From NCBI GenBank assembly GCA_028534125.1, contig CM052817.1:11906001-11970000 (forward strand): 64,000 nucleotides of DNA, read 5' to 3'. The translations under genes were made by a program, and so were the position numbers. This document shows, piece after piece, positions 1 through 12,108 of this stretch. The notes under the pieces are model-generated. The model saw only the letters and a program-made list of their open reading frames with translations. It searched no databases and had not been told where the DNA came from. Every line of letters begins with the position of its first letter. Position 1 is the first letter of the stretch. Source of the DNA: Lama glama (Eukaryota).

Positions 1-964
1 TTGGGGAAAAGGATTTCCCAAAGAGAGAGGCAGCCAGACAGAGAGTAACAGGTGACCATACAAGAGGCAGGGTTGGCAAGTAGTGCATTCTCGGGATTTC
101 ATACAAAGACTGTCACACTTGGCTTGCCCACCCATAGAATTCCTGAGCAACTACCTAGAAGGTCTGTTGACACAGGATCTCTTTCAGGGATGAAACAATT
201 AAGATGTCTCTCTGCTCAAGTAAATGATAGTTAACTTAAGGGCAAATGTAGACTCTGGGTCCAACACAGAAATGTATGTGTATATGCTTTCATGACTAAG
301 CACCTTGAATAGCAACAGGAGAAAGAGATACTAGTCAGAACATCCCTTTGAGGACTGACATTAAAGAGCACAATCAGTTCTTCCATTCTTCTTGACAAGT
401 CCTTTAGAAAGTGCCACTGTTGATAGATGGACCCTGGGCTCCATAGACTGACTCAGGGCAACATATGTCCCAAGTCATCATTCCCACACTGTAGATACCA
501 AAATATTTTACCGTAAGAATCACACACACAGAAGCTAGACTGATTAAAATCCAGACTGAAATTCATGTAAACCGGGTCAGATGGCAGTTCTTGGTGTTAC
601 TTTGGTGAGCTCAGTTGGAAAATGGTTCAAGTCAGTAAAAAACGTTGAATTAAACTGAATTGAACATCTGATTGATTAAGAGCTTACCCCATGGAGAGGA
701 AAGACCACAGGATTTGGGTCAGCAGTCCAGGCTTTATGAGCATTAAGTAATTAAGCGGTCGGGGGTAGGCACTACAATCTGATGTGGTTGGGCATTCACT
801 CAGTAAAATGATACTTGCAGCACTCAAAAATAACAGCCCTGAAGGAAACCTTGTGAATTTTTATAATAACAAAGAAGAGATGTATGATTTCTAAAAGTAA
901 TTTTATGCAATACCATTCTTAGAAAGATATACACAGTCATTAGGAGCAGAAGTTTTCTGGACAA

Positions 965-1110
965 AGGTCTCATTCAAACCTGGCTTCACCTCTTACTAAC
1001 TATGTGGCTTTGGGCAAGTTAATTAACTCTTTGCCTCAGTTTCCTCATTTGTCAAGTAAGTATATATACTAATAGTACCTAACTCATGAGGTTGCAATAT
1101 GGATTATAAC
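965..1110 (+). mobile_element. MIR SINE fragment
   Basis: MIR core: tttgggcaagttaattaactctttgcctcagtttcctcatttgtcaa. Confidence 0.8.
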
Positions 1111-1139
1111 AGCTACAGGGATATAAAATGGAGAAGCGG

Positions 1140-1332
1140 ATTAATTTAGTGATTGTGTCCATGAACTCGGGAGCCAGATAACCAAGATTTGAAGGTCAGC
1201 CCCACTACGTCCTAGATGTTTGCTAGTAAGATAACCTTGCATATTGTTAAATCTCTCTGTGCTTCAGTTTCCCACCTATTAAGTGAGATGATAATAATTG
1301 TACCTATGAAGTTAGGTGGTAGTGAGAATTGA
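1140..1332 (+). mobile_element. MIR SINE
   Basis: ctctctgtgcttcagtttcccacctattaagtgagatgataataattgtaccta matches the MIR core. Confidence 0.75.
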
Positions 1333-1334
1333 CT

Positions 1335-3055
1335 TGTTCATTTAAAGAAAAATACGGATTGGGCTTCGATTTGAATCCAGCCACCATTGTAGGTGTTATC
1401 AATATGCCAAAAAAATAAAAAAGTCATTGCCTTTATCTTTACCTTCTAGTAGAATGAGAGAGAAAACAAATAAACATTCTAAGAAGGAAAAGGAGATTAG
1501 GGCTATCAGCCCTGGAGAATAGGAGTGGGGGATGCCAGAGAAGGGAGGAGAATTGGGAGTTCCAAGAAGAGGGTTGGCATCTACTGTAGCTGCAGTAAAT
1601 AGGGTGTAAAGAGTTGGCCTCATTAACATGGGATACATGAGCAAAGACTTGAAAGACATGAAGGGGTTATCTATGCAGATACCACCCAAGCAAAAGGCCC
1701 AGACAGACTGAAGCACTGAGCTGGGAGCATGCCTGGAAAACCTGCAGGATAGCAAGAATCCAATGTGGCTGAAGCAGAGTAGCATCGGAGGAGAGAAGTA
1801 GCAAGTGGGAGGAGGTGGCTAATGGGGGGTTCCTGATGTTGCAGAGCTTTGTGGGTGACTGCTAGGATCTGGGCTATCCCAGGATTCTAAGCAGAGAAGT
1901 GACATTATCTAATTTATGTTTTAAGAAGATCACTCTGGCTGTTGTGATGAGGACAGATGTAGAGAGACTAGCATAAAAGTGGGGAGGCTTGTGTTCCTCA
2001 ACATTTCCCAGTATCCCTTTCAGCTAACCTTACCAGGTGACTGAGCTCCAGCCGGTGCAGTGTGACCACAGATGATTATGTCACCTCCTGTAGAGGCCCT
2101 GAGGCCCTAGGAATTATAGACCCCTGAGATGGAAGGTGGAAATCTGGGGGTCTTATAGTACAGCTGGGAGGAGAGTATCCCAGAAGAACCACCAGATCAG
2201 GGGACATCTGCTTTGAGCTTTGCATGAGATAAACATAAACTTTTATTGTGTTAGGCCACTCAGATTTGGGGATTGTTTTTTACAGCAGTTAACTTATTTG
2301 ATGAAACCTGTTAGATGGCTACTGTCAGTAACTCAGAAAGAAATGATGATCTTTCATCTGTGTGGTAGCAACGCAAGTGCCCGAGAAAGCAGAGCCTTCT
2401 GGTTTGGGTTTGGGATGTGGAAGAAAAAAAAGTGTCAAAGGTGATTTCAAGGACTTTCACTTGAACCATTGCAAGGATGGAGTTACCAACTGAAATGGGG
2501 GTATTACATGTACAGCAGTTTGGACAGAAGGTCAGTAATTTATGTATTATTTGAGTTTAACTAATAGACATCCAAGTGAATTGAGGAGTCAGTTGTGTAT
2601 ATGTGTCGAGTTTGAGAGAAAGGTCTGAGCTGGAGACTTATATTTGAAAGGCATAGGTATGTAGATGATATTTAATACCATGGGATTGGTTATGATCAGT
2701 AAGCTTTTAAGTATAAATAGAGAATTGAATCTGGGGCTACTTCAAAATCAAGCAGTCAAAGAGAAGAGCAGAAACTCAGAAAGGAGACTGAGAAGGAATG
2801 ACCAGTGAGGAGGGGAAACAAAGGGAGTGTGCTAACTTAAAAGGCAGGAAACTTGTGAAAGAGAAGAAAATGATCAATTGTATTAAAGATACAGGTAAAA
2901 TGAGGAGGATATTGTTGACCTTGATAGATGTTTTTCAGTGGAAGGGTGGGAGTGAGGAGTGATTAGAATGGGCTTAAGAGAGAATGGGAAGAGAAAAATT
3001 GGAGATAGCAATTCCAGACAACTATTTTTCAAGGAGTTTTGCTGCAAATGAGAGT
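1335..3055 (-). mobile_element. L2 LINE (L2a-like), interrupted by an MLT1 LTR
   Basis: Antisense L2 hallmarks, e.g. ttttaagaagatcactctggctgttgtg, agacatccaagtgaattgagga, gagagaaaggtctgagctggaga. Confidence 0.8.
1990..2308 (+). mobile_element. MaLR LTR (old MLT1 subfamily)
   Basis: MLT1 3' end: aaacttttattgtgttaggccactcagatttggggattgttttttacagcag. Confidence 0.75.
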
Positions 3056-3062
3056 GAAGAAA

Positions 3063-3870
3063 TTTTGGAACCCTTGTACACTGTTGCTGAGAATGTAAAT
3101 TGGTGCAGTCATTATGAAAAACAGTGTGGAGTTTTATCAAAAAATTAAAAATAGAACTACCATACAATTCAGCCATTCTGCTTCTTGGTATTTATCCAAA
3201 GAAATTGAAATCAGGATCTTGAAGTTATATGTTCACTCCCATGTTCATTTTAGCATTGTTCACAATAGCTAAGACAAGGAAGCAAACAAAATGTCCATTG
3301 ATGAGTTAATAGATAAAGAAAATGTGATATATACACATAATAGAAATTATTTGGCCTTTAAAAAGGAGAAAACTCCACCATTTGTGACAACATGGATGAA
3401 CCCGGAAAACCTTATGAAAAGTGAACTAAACCAGACACAGAATGACAAATACTACATTATACCACTTAGAGGAAGAACAGTCACACTCAGAGCTGTAGAC
3501 TAGAGCAGTGGTTTCTAGGAGCTGGGTGGGCAGACATGGAGATATTAGTTAAAAGGTACAATGTGTCAGTTATACAAGGTGAGTAAGTCCTCTACTGTAC
3601 AGCACAATACCTAGAGTTAATAATACTGTATTGTAAAATCTTTCTAAGCGAGTAGATCTTATGTCAGGTGTTCTTTTCTCAAAAATAATAATAAATAAAT
3701 AAAGAGGGCAGGAGGAAATTTTTGGAGGTGATAGATACATTTATGGCATAGTTTTCAGAGATAATTTCACCCTGTGTATACTTATCTCCAAACCCATCAA
3801 GTTGAATACATTAAATATGTACAGATTTTTGTATATCAATTATAATTTAATAAAGTTGTTTAACAAAATA
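3063..3870 (+). mobile_element. 5'-truncated L1 (L1MA10/L1MB-like ORF2 end plus 3' UTR)
   Basis: ggaacccttgtacactgttgctgagaatgtaaattggtgcag...aaaatagaactaccatac...catggatgaacc; ends with AATAAA and an A-rich tail. Confidence 0.9.
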
Positions 3871-3884
3871 AGGATGGGTGGGGT

Positions 3885-6800
3885 TATGAACTGCAAACCA
3901 TAGTCAAAGAGTTTCCCAAAGTAACTGAAGATCCTTACAGGTTTGCCTAGGAATTTAATGTAGTCATTCAAACTTATCACTCTGGTTTCTCTGACTTAAA
4001 TCAGTTAGTTCATAGACTTGGTTGAATGCAAATCACTAATTGAGAAAATGCTGAAATGTCTCTAGAATTACAACTGAGATACCAGCCCACTGACATGTAT
4101 ACACTGTAGCTCAGGTAATCACCAAGTGATTTCATCAAGCAATTCCTAGGGCTTTTCCAAAGCCTGTTGATTGGAACAAAATTCAGGCTTGCACAGACAA
4201 AAAATGGTGAACCTGTTCATGGCTATTAACAATCAACTTCAGATTATTTTTAGAGAAAATTCTGGTCTTCACTCAGATGTTGATGCCACATGAGTAGCTT
4301 TCAATTCTATGTTTATTAACCAGGACCTTTCCCTTTTAGTCAAAAGGACCAGGATGGAATGGAAAACTGTGTCCACTTCATATTTAGTGAATCTGGCCAA
4401 GCAGTCCTCTCACACTCTAGATGAGTCATCTAAAAGGAAGACCGCCAGAATTCTTAATCTTCAACTCCAGCAGTTGAAAACTGCTAAGTGAAACCAAATC
4501 CTAGTTTCTGCTGTAATTGCAAAGAGCTATTAGAAATAGAACAGATAGATATAAACATAATAGACAGAAATAGAGCTTTTAGAAAATAGATTGTTACAAA
4601 TGGAAGCACTTCAGATGCCTTCAGCCCTCTAACCTTCGTTTCCACTGTCCTCCCAATTCTCAATGACAGGGCTCTAAGGATCTCAGGAGCTCTTCCTAGT
4701 CCTCCATTTTAATCAGCTTGGGGAAGCATTTCTTTAGACTGGGAAGGAATCTCTTCCAGTCCTAATTTTGCTCAACCCCACTCTATAAAGCAGCCCTGCC
4801 TTGACCTACTAAAACTGTTCAAATAGTGGGAATTTTTAATGAACCTTAAGAGGTACTTATCTCTGAACCTACTTCCTTTTGTTGAGAACCTTAGAGATGC
4901 ACACCTTTGCTCCTTAGTTACTCTGCTATTAGGCCAAAACTTTAAGTATCATGATGGAATTTCTTTCTCTGAAAAGTGAGAAGTCATTTTAGAGCTTGAC
5001 AAAAGTCATCAAATCAGCCAACCAGGTGAATTAAATGACATGTTTTATTTGCTGGAACTCTGACAGTTCTAGAGCTGATTCTGGACACACTGATCATCTG
5101 TACTTATTGAATCAGCTGCCACCCTCCTGATGGACAAAATCTCCAAATGATGTTGGCAAAATTCACAGTGCACTTCCCATCAAGTTTCAAATAGATCCCT
5201 CAAAACCTCCTCCCAGAATTAATCAATATCTTGTGAAGGAAGAAGTCTTTCAAGGCATGAAGACCATAAGAGAAGATTGCAAGGCTCAAGGCCTCATTGT
5301 CCTTATGTTAGTCCCTGCATTACTCCTGTTCTGCTGGTGAGAAAACCTTAGGGCTGAGGGTGGGGATTTGTCCAGGACCTCTGAGCAATAAACAGCATTA
5401 CTGTCTCTCAATACCCTACTGTTCCTAACCCTCATATGTTACTAACATCCATTCCCAAGAAGCCAGTTCTTTGATGTAATTGATGTATGCAGTGTGTTCT
5501 TTAGTATTTAGTCGACGAAGCTAGCTGATACCTTTCTGCTTTCACTTGGGAAGGAAAACAATTCACCTGGACAGTAATGCCTCAGGGTTTTACTGAGAGT
5601 CCTTATTTCTCACAAATTCCGAAGGCTGATTTGATGATATAAAGTTCCCTAGAGGTTCTACTTTGTGGCAATATGTGGATGATTTGCTGTTTTGCTCTCC
5701 TTCTCAATTGGAAGGTGGCATCCATTTATTAAAGTCTTGAGCCTTAAAAGGACATAAAGTCATCGAAGAAAAGTTGCAGTTTGTTCAAACCCAGATTTGA
5801 TATTTAAGGCATCTGATATCAGAACAAAGGCTACCGTAAGATCCATGGTGTCCTGTTTCTCAAAATCCACAACTAAGCACCAGCTGTGAGTTTTTCTCAG
5901 TCTAGTTGGTTATTGCTGAAATTGGATTTTAAATTTCTCTCTTATGGCCAAACCCCTGTATGTCTTACTAAAGAATAACAGCCCTAACCCAATTTTATGG
6001 GAAGAACCAGACAACATTTCAAGCCTCAAATGAGAGTTTGAAGAACCCACTTTCCCTTGGGCACCCCAATGATCAGATTCCTTTTTTTCCTTTTTGTATA
6101 TGAAAAGAAAGGGAATGACCACAGGGGTACTTACCCCAAAACACAGAGATCACCACCAGTCCATTGGGTATTAGAGCCAGCAGCTGGAGCCTGTGAAACG
6201 GGGATACACCCCTTTAACTTAGAGCCATGACTGTCACTGCCTTCTTGGCTAAGGCCTCCGAGAAAATCACTGTGGGATCCCTTTTAACCATTTTTCTACC
6301 TCATGCTGTAGAAACTCTCCTGAATTCTTGTCACACTCAAGAATTCTCATTCAGCTACATTACTCTTATGAAGTCCTTTTGTTAACTGCTTCTCACAGAA
6401 TTCTTTTATATTGTGATAACCTTAACCCTGCTGCTCTTCTTCCCTCCATCGCTGACAAAGTCTCTCACGATAGCTTAATGCTGAGGTACCACTTCCCGAT
6501 TCCCTTGTGATGTGCTGCAGGAAATTCTTTAAGGATAACACTGACTTCTCGTTGTTCACTGATGACTCTTATTTAAAAGATAATAATGGCAAATATTTTG
6601 CTGGATATGCTATTGCAACTCTTCTCGATGTTGTTGAAGCAGCATCTTTACCTATGATTACTTCAGACCAACAGGCTTAATTATACATTCTTACACGGGC
6701 TTGTGCTTTAGCCAAGGGCAAAACTGCCAATATTTATGCTAATAGTAGATATGCTTTTGGAGTAGCTCATGAGATTGGAATGTTGTGAAAGCAATGTGGC

Positions 6801-7047
6801 TTCTTTACTTCCAGCAAAAATAAAACTTTAAAAATGGCTCCTATGTTCAGGGATTATTGGATATAATATCTCCCCCTGCTGCTTTAACTATCATTAAGAT
6901 TCTGGGGCACCCTATATTTGAGAAATCACCTTGCTGACATTTCTATAGGAAATACTGCCCTTAAATGGACCAACAGTAGTCAAACCTCTGTCATGATCCA
7001 AAGGGATATTTCCCCACATGATAACTTAGAAAAACTAGCTAGAGAAA
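3885..7047 (+). mobile_element. Degraded class I (ERV1) provirus internal region: gag-pro-pol (RT, RNase H), with many stops and frameshifts
   Basis: Hand translation: gag ELQTIVKEFPKVTEDPYRFA near 3887; RT motifs FTWTVMPQGFTESP (ATG at 5577) and QYVDDLL (5669-5689); RNase H LFTDDSY and ANIYANSRYAFG (6550-6760). Confidence 0.92.
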
Positions 7048-8778
7048 TGGGATCAAAATGACAGAGTTAGGAAGACCCTGAGCTCACCTCCTACAAACAT
7101 GCCAAAATTACAACTACGTGTAGAGAAAACTCTCTGAGAATGACCTGAAGGCTAGTACAAAATGACTCTTTGACAAGTAAGGATTGAAAGAAAAAGACCA
7201 CACTGAGATGAGCAGAAGGGGAAGAGAAGTGATATAGTCAGGACCCACCAACCCCGTGAGTGACCTGAAAGAAGAAGGAGATGAAGAAGGAGATACCACG
7301 CCTTGGAGTTCCTCCTGAAGGAGTGAGGGGCTTGAGCCCCACACTGGGCACCCCAGCTCTGGGGTCTGGCACTGAGAAGACAAGCCTCATTAACTGGCTT
7401 TGAAAACCAGTGGGGCTTACGATCAAGAGAATCAGAGGGCTGTAGGAAACTGAGATTCCACACTACAAGGGTACACACAAAAACTTACATGTTCTCAGGC
7501 CCAGCACAGAGACAGCAGATTGCAAAGTGTCTAATGCTTTATCTGGCCTACCAAGACTGCTCCAGCGTATCCCCTAGCCTGTGCTAGCCTCTGGCACTAA
7601 CAATGCCCACCAAGGTGGCAGCCGTGGAGCATCCCTGGAAAAGCCCTGGCTCACATCAATCTCCAGCTCCAGCTCTGCTCTTTTCAAGATGGTGGACATC
7701 AACATGCCTCAGGAGAAACCCTGTTCTGCACCAGGTTTCAAATCTAGCCCTTTTGGCTTCAGCCACCCCACCAAGGTAGTAGCTGCCAGAGTGCCCTGAG
7801 AGAAGCCCTGGCCCCATGGTCCATACTAATTTTAGTTCCAGCCCTCCTGTGAAAGCCACTGGGCACAAGCAGTCTGTATAGGGACATTCCTACACAAGGG
7901 TACACCTTCAAGACCAGGATAGGTAACTGTTTTGTCTAATTTCGTAGAGACAAACAGAAAGTCAAGCAAAATGAGATGACAGGGGAACATCTTCCAAATA
8001 AAAGAACAAGATAGTAACCCCTATCGTACCTTCCTCCCAAACCTTAATGAAATAGAAAGAAGTAGTTTACTTGAAAGAGTTCAAAGCAACAGTTATACAA
8101 ATGCTCACAAAACTCAGGAGAATAATAGTGGAACACAATGTGAACTTCAAAAAAGAAAACAGAAAAAATAAATTAGAGCTAATTACAGTAAGTGAAATTA
8201 AAAATGCACTAGAGGGAATCAACAGTAGATTAAGTGTTACAGGAGAATGCATAAGTGACCAGAAAGAGAGAATAATGGAAATCACCCGATTGGAACAGAA
8301 AAAAGAAAAAAGAAAAAAAAGAATGAAGATAGTTTAAGAGATCGCTGGGATACCATCAAACATACTAATATATGCATTATAGGGGTCCCAGAAGGCTAAG
8401 ACAGAGAAAGAAAAGGGCAGAAAATGTATTTGATAAAATAATGGCTGAAAACTTTCCTAACCTCTGGAAGGAAACAGATATCCAAGTCCAAGCCCAAGAA
8501 GTACAGAGAGTCCTAAACAAGATGAGCTCAAAGAGAACCAAGCCTCATAATTAAAATAGCAAAAGATAAAACAAAAATTTAAAGACAGTAAGAAAAAAAC
8601 AAAGAGTCACATACCACCTGTAAGACTGTCAGCTGATTTTTTTTTCAGCAGAAACTGCAGCCAGAAGGGAGTGGCATGATATATTTAAAGTGCTGGAAGG
8701 AAAAAAATTGACAACCAAGGATACTCTTATGTGGCAAGATTATCATTCTGAACTGTAGAGAGGTAAAGAGTTTGCCAA
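7048..8778 (+). mobile_element. L1 5' UTR plus decayed ORF1; 3' part missing
   Basis: 5' end gggatcaaaatgacagagttaggaagaccctgagctcacctcct; ORF1p motifs IIGVPEG, IMAENFPNL, RLSADF, REWHDIFKVL; track ORFs 8071-8337 and 8372-8554 are ORF1 pieces. Confidence 0.9.
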
Positions 8779-8982
8779 TGAAAAGCCATGAGGTCTTTAT
8801 TTACTACAGCCCTTCTAACTTCCTTTCCCTTCTATAAAAGAGTTATCGTTTCCTTGCTGTATAAGGACTTGCGTGTGACTAATTGTGGTTGCAGATCCCA
8901 AATTGCAATTCTCTGCTGATTTTGAATAAATCTCTCTATATTCTTTTGTTTACTGGAGAAACAACAGTTTTTAGTTTCAACA
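8779..8982 (+). mobile_element. 3' half of an ERV1 LTR (MER34-like)
   Basis: TATAAAA, then cagatcccaaattgcaattctctgctgattttgAATAAA, ending ...tttcaaCA. Confidence 0.7.
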
Positions 8983-9424
8983 CTCCAATATATATTTTTC
9001 TAAATTATTTGTTATGGTGTATCTTACTGTCTGATAAATTAGATCTTTTTATTCTCCATCATTTTTCTACTCATTCTTTTACTATGATCATTCTCCAAGG
9101 TTATCACAGCTAGGCTAGGCTCTATATTCTTCTGTATAAATTCTTTAATCAGCTATTGAGGTGATCATATAAACACACACACACACATATTCACTCAGAC
9201 AAATGGGTGTTGAAACTGAGAACAATTTCATGGAATATGTAGATTTATTTAATGAGAATTATTACTCTTATGAAATTGAGATTTCCTCTCCATAATTATG
9301 ATATATATTTTCATTAGTAGTTTTCAATAAAGTCTGATAAATTATTTTGGACAGTCTTGAACATCTTTGAAAATTCACTTCTGGATACTTACAGGTTTCT
9401 TTCTTTGCTGTCATATTGAATATT

Positions 9425-9990
9425 GTTTAAATAAAATAAAATTCACGGATTGTAAGTGTTCAGCTTGGTAAGTTTTGATAGTTATATCAACCTTTGTATA
9501 TCCCAAACAAGATGTAGATCATTTTCACTACCCCAGACAGGTTTTCATGATGCTTTCCTGTGAAATTTGCATTTACCACCAAAATAAGTACTTTCTGATT
9601 TGTATCGTTACTTTTGCCTATAAATCAGATTATACCGTCTGCACTTTTTTGTGTCTGGCTTATCTTCAACGTGATGTTCTGTGGTTCTTTTGTATTGTTG
9701 CATGAGCAGCATTTTATTTGATTTTATTGTGTGTACTAGTCTTTTAGATGATTATACTGCAATGCATTTATAGATATTTGGGTTGTTTCCAGTTTTATGC
9801 CCATTATGAGCAAATCTTCTAAGAATTCCTAAGAAAACTGGGAGGTTCTCTTTGTGGGTAGACGCCTCTCTTTCTTTGGGACAAATACCTGGAATAGAAT
9901 TGCTAAGTCATCAGGTAGATATGTAACTTTATAACAAGTTGTCAAACAGTTCGCCAAAGTGAAGGAACCATTTTATTCTCCCACACATCT
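9425..9990 (-). mobile_element. Old L1 3' end (L1MB/L1ME-like)
   Basis: atatttgggttgtttccagtttt...aaatacctggaatagaattgctaagtcat. Confidence 0.75.
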
Positions 9991-10339
9991 TACAGTTTGT
10001 CTTCCTTTGTAAAAATTGTCTTTTTAAAAAACTTGCATGTTATACTTATTTATTGCTGTTATGTTAGCAATAAAAGTGATCTTTAATATTACTCTTATGT
10101 CAAGTATGTATGTTGAACTCTTTCATTAATAAGGCTTTGTAAATCAGTCTTGTTGAATTTTCTGTGTCTGTTGGGTAATTCCTATCAGACACAAACATGA
10201 TGACATGCTATAACATTCTCATATAACCAGTCTCTGTCCTTAAAGAGTTTACAATTTAATTTTGCATATCAGAACAGAGTATCACATTTCTTATTAAATG
10301 TCCGTAAGTTCTCGTCAATTCTTAACTCCTTTGAGATAG

Positions 10340-10650
10340 TTAAGAACATGTATGGCACCTCCATTGTCTTGATATCTCTCTTTCTCTCTCTCTCTTTCTC
10401 TCTGTCCCCCCATCCCCCGCCCACCTGCCATTCTGTGAATTTAGCTGAAAGCAAAGGTTTCTGCATAGTGGAACTGCACTGGGGGTACAAGCAGCCTGAG
10501 TCCCTTAGTGTGTTCTTAGATAAGATCGTTGCTATAGGTCCACCCTGTCTACACTGGATGGCGATTTAAATGAGAATTTCAGATTTGTTTGGCTAATGAA
10601 ATTTGGTAGTTTATTTGCTCCTGAAGCTTAACTGAGCCTATCCTATTATA
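10340..10650 (+). mobile_element. MaLR LTR (MLT1J/K-like), diverged
   Basis: aagcagcctgagtccct...aatttggtagtttatttgctcctgaagcttaactgagcctatcct. Confidence 0.55.
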
Positions 10651-11249
10651 AAAAGAAGAAATTAATTACAAAACAAAAAATTAGTACTATCGTAAGTTTA
10701 AACTCAAGGTGCCAGGGAAACACAGAGGATGCTACCTGACTCAGCTGTGAAAGTTAGAGGATGCTTCCCAGAGCACTTACCATCAAAACTGAGACTGCAA
10801 AAATTAACAGGCATTATTGTGTTCCAGCACAGTTCCTAGAACATGGTCATTCCAAAATGCTTTTCGAATCTGTCAGTGAACTCTATCAACTATCAGAATA
10901 GAGATGTGCTTCTGAGCATGTCTGTAAAGGGTTTCTGATTAATCTAACCCTTGAAAATATATGACATTTTGTTCGGGCTAGTCCTAGAGGCTAGGACATT
11001 TTGGGAAACAACTCCATGTGTTCCCGATGTGGACTGATAACCGGAAATGAAAACCTGGCTTCTTGTCTGCCTCACACCCAGTTGTCGATGCAGTGCTATC
11101 TCATTGACCTCTTTTCCTTGGTGTCTATGTTCCTGTAGCCTGACAGTATTTACATTTTAGGCAATTCTATGAGGCTTCTCTAAAACAGAGGAAGCCAGAG
11201 CTCAGAGAAGGTAATTAAAAGCAAAAGCAGGAGAGAGAACAAGGATGTT

Positions 11250-12030
11250 TGCTTGTCTCTGAAAGACTCACAAGGCTGGGAGGTGAGGGGAGGCAGAGGG
11301 AGAGCGAGACTGAAAGCACATTGGCCCAGTGACAGGAGGGACAGGATGATTCAGAAGTAAATCCATGGTAACCTGGGGGTAAATACCTGAAAGGAAACAG
11401 CTGCTGGGGAGGAACATTTTCACTTTGGATGGAAAACACAGGAAAGAAATCTTAAACAAACTCATTATCTTTAACCTTAGAGCAATGGTAGAACCCGGTT
11501 ATCACATTAAGGCACTACCACATTTATACAAATTTGTCAATTCTTCCACAAAAGAGATGAATATTTTATTAAAAAGAAGGAAGCGGCAGAGCTTTGTTTC
11601 AATACTTGAGGGGACAGAGTGAGTGCTCTTTTAATTGCTGTATGTTTTCCCTGATAGATGTTAAATACTCATATAATCAAGTCAAAAGCATTTTTTTTTT
11701 TCCTGGTGAGAAGTGCTCTCTAAGCAATGACGGCTAGTATTAGGTGTAACATGTTCTGCAAGGGTTGCCATGGAAAGAGTTTGCCTGCTTCCCCCCGCCC
11801 CCACCCCCACCGCCATATCTTTCCATAAATAACAGAGGGGAAGAGTTCAGAAAGCCTGCACAGAAAAGATGTGTGGGGCCAGAGTAACTCCTTAGTGCTT
11901 TGCCACGCAGGAGAGTCACCAGGTTTTACATTAAATATATTTTGTCCTCTCTCTCTCCCTCTCTCTTTTTCTGTTTTGGGTAGGTGACATTATTTTCAAT
12001 ATTAGACCATTCTAAGCACTACCACAAACA
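11250..12030 (+). promoter_or_regulatory. Candidate promoter/enhancer (RFX X-boxes, GC/CACCC boxes, TATA-like)
   Basis: GTTGCCATGGAAAG at 11764-77; CCATGGTAAC at 11363-72; CCCCGCCCCCACCCCCACC near 11793; CATAAATA near 11823; no recognisable repeat. Confidence 0.35.
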
Positions 12031-12066
12031 CTGGAGACTTAAATGATTTAATGAAGCAGCAGTGTA

Positions 12067-12076
12067 GTGTGTGTGA

Positions 12077-12107
<31 letters not shown>

Positions 12108-12108
12108 T
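12067..12108. repeat. (GT)n microsatellite
   Basis: Directly visible GT repeat with GA interruptions. Confidence 0.95.

Noticed and set aside
572..587. CTCF-like cores (also ~25085, ~45172, ~51465)
   Set aside because: Each mismatches key positions of the CTCF consensus; cannot be supported without a PWM scan
1399..1785. 128-aa ORF
   Set aside because: Lies in a decayed L2; no recognisable domain or exon structure
8071..8554. ORFs resembling a coiled-coil protein or L1TD1
   Set aside because: Fragments of frameshifted L1 ORF1 directly downstream of an L1 5' UTR
11512..12026. Exact 11-mer repeat gcactaccaca (RUNX-like), 504 bp apart
   Set aside because: Not statistically unusual on its own; the nearby TAAGGCAC resembles the miR-124 5' end but the rest of that miRNA and its hairpin are absent
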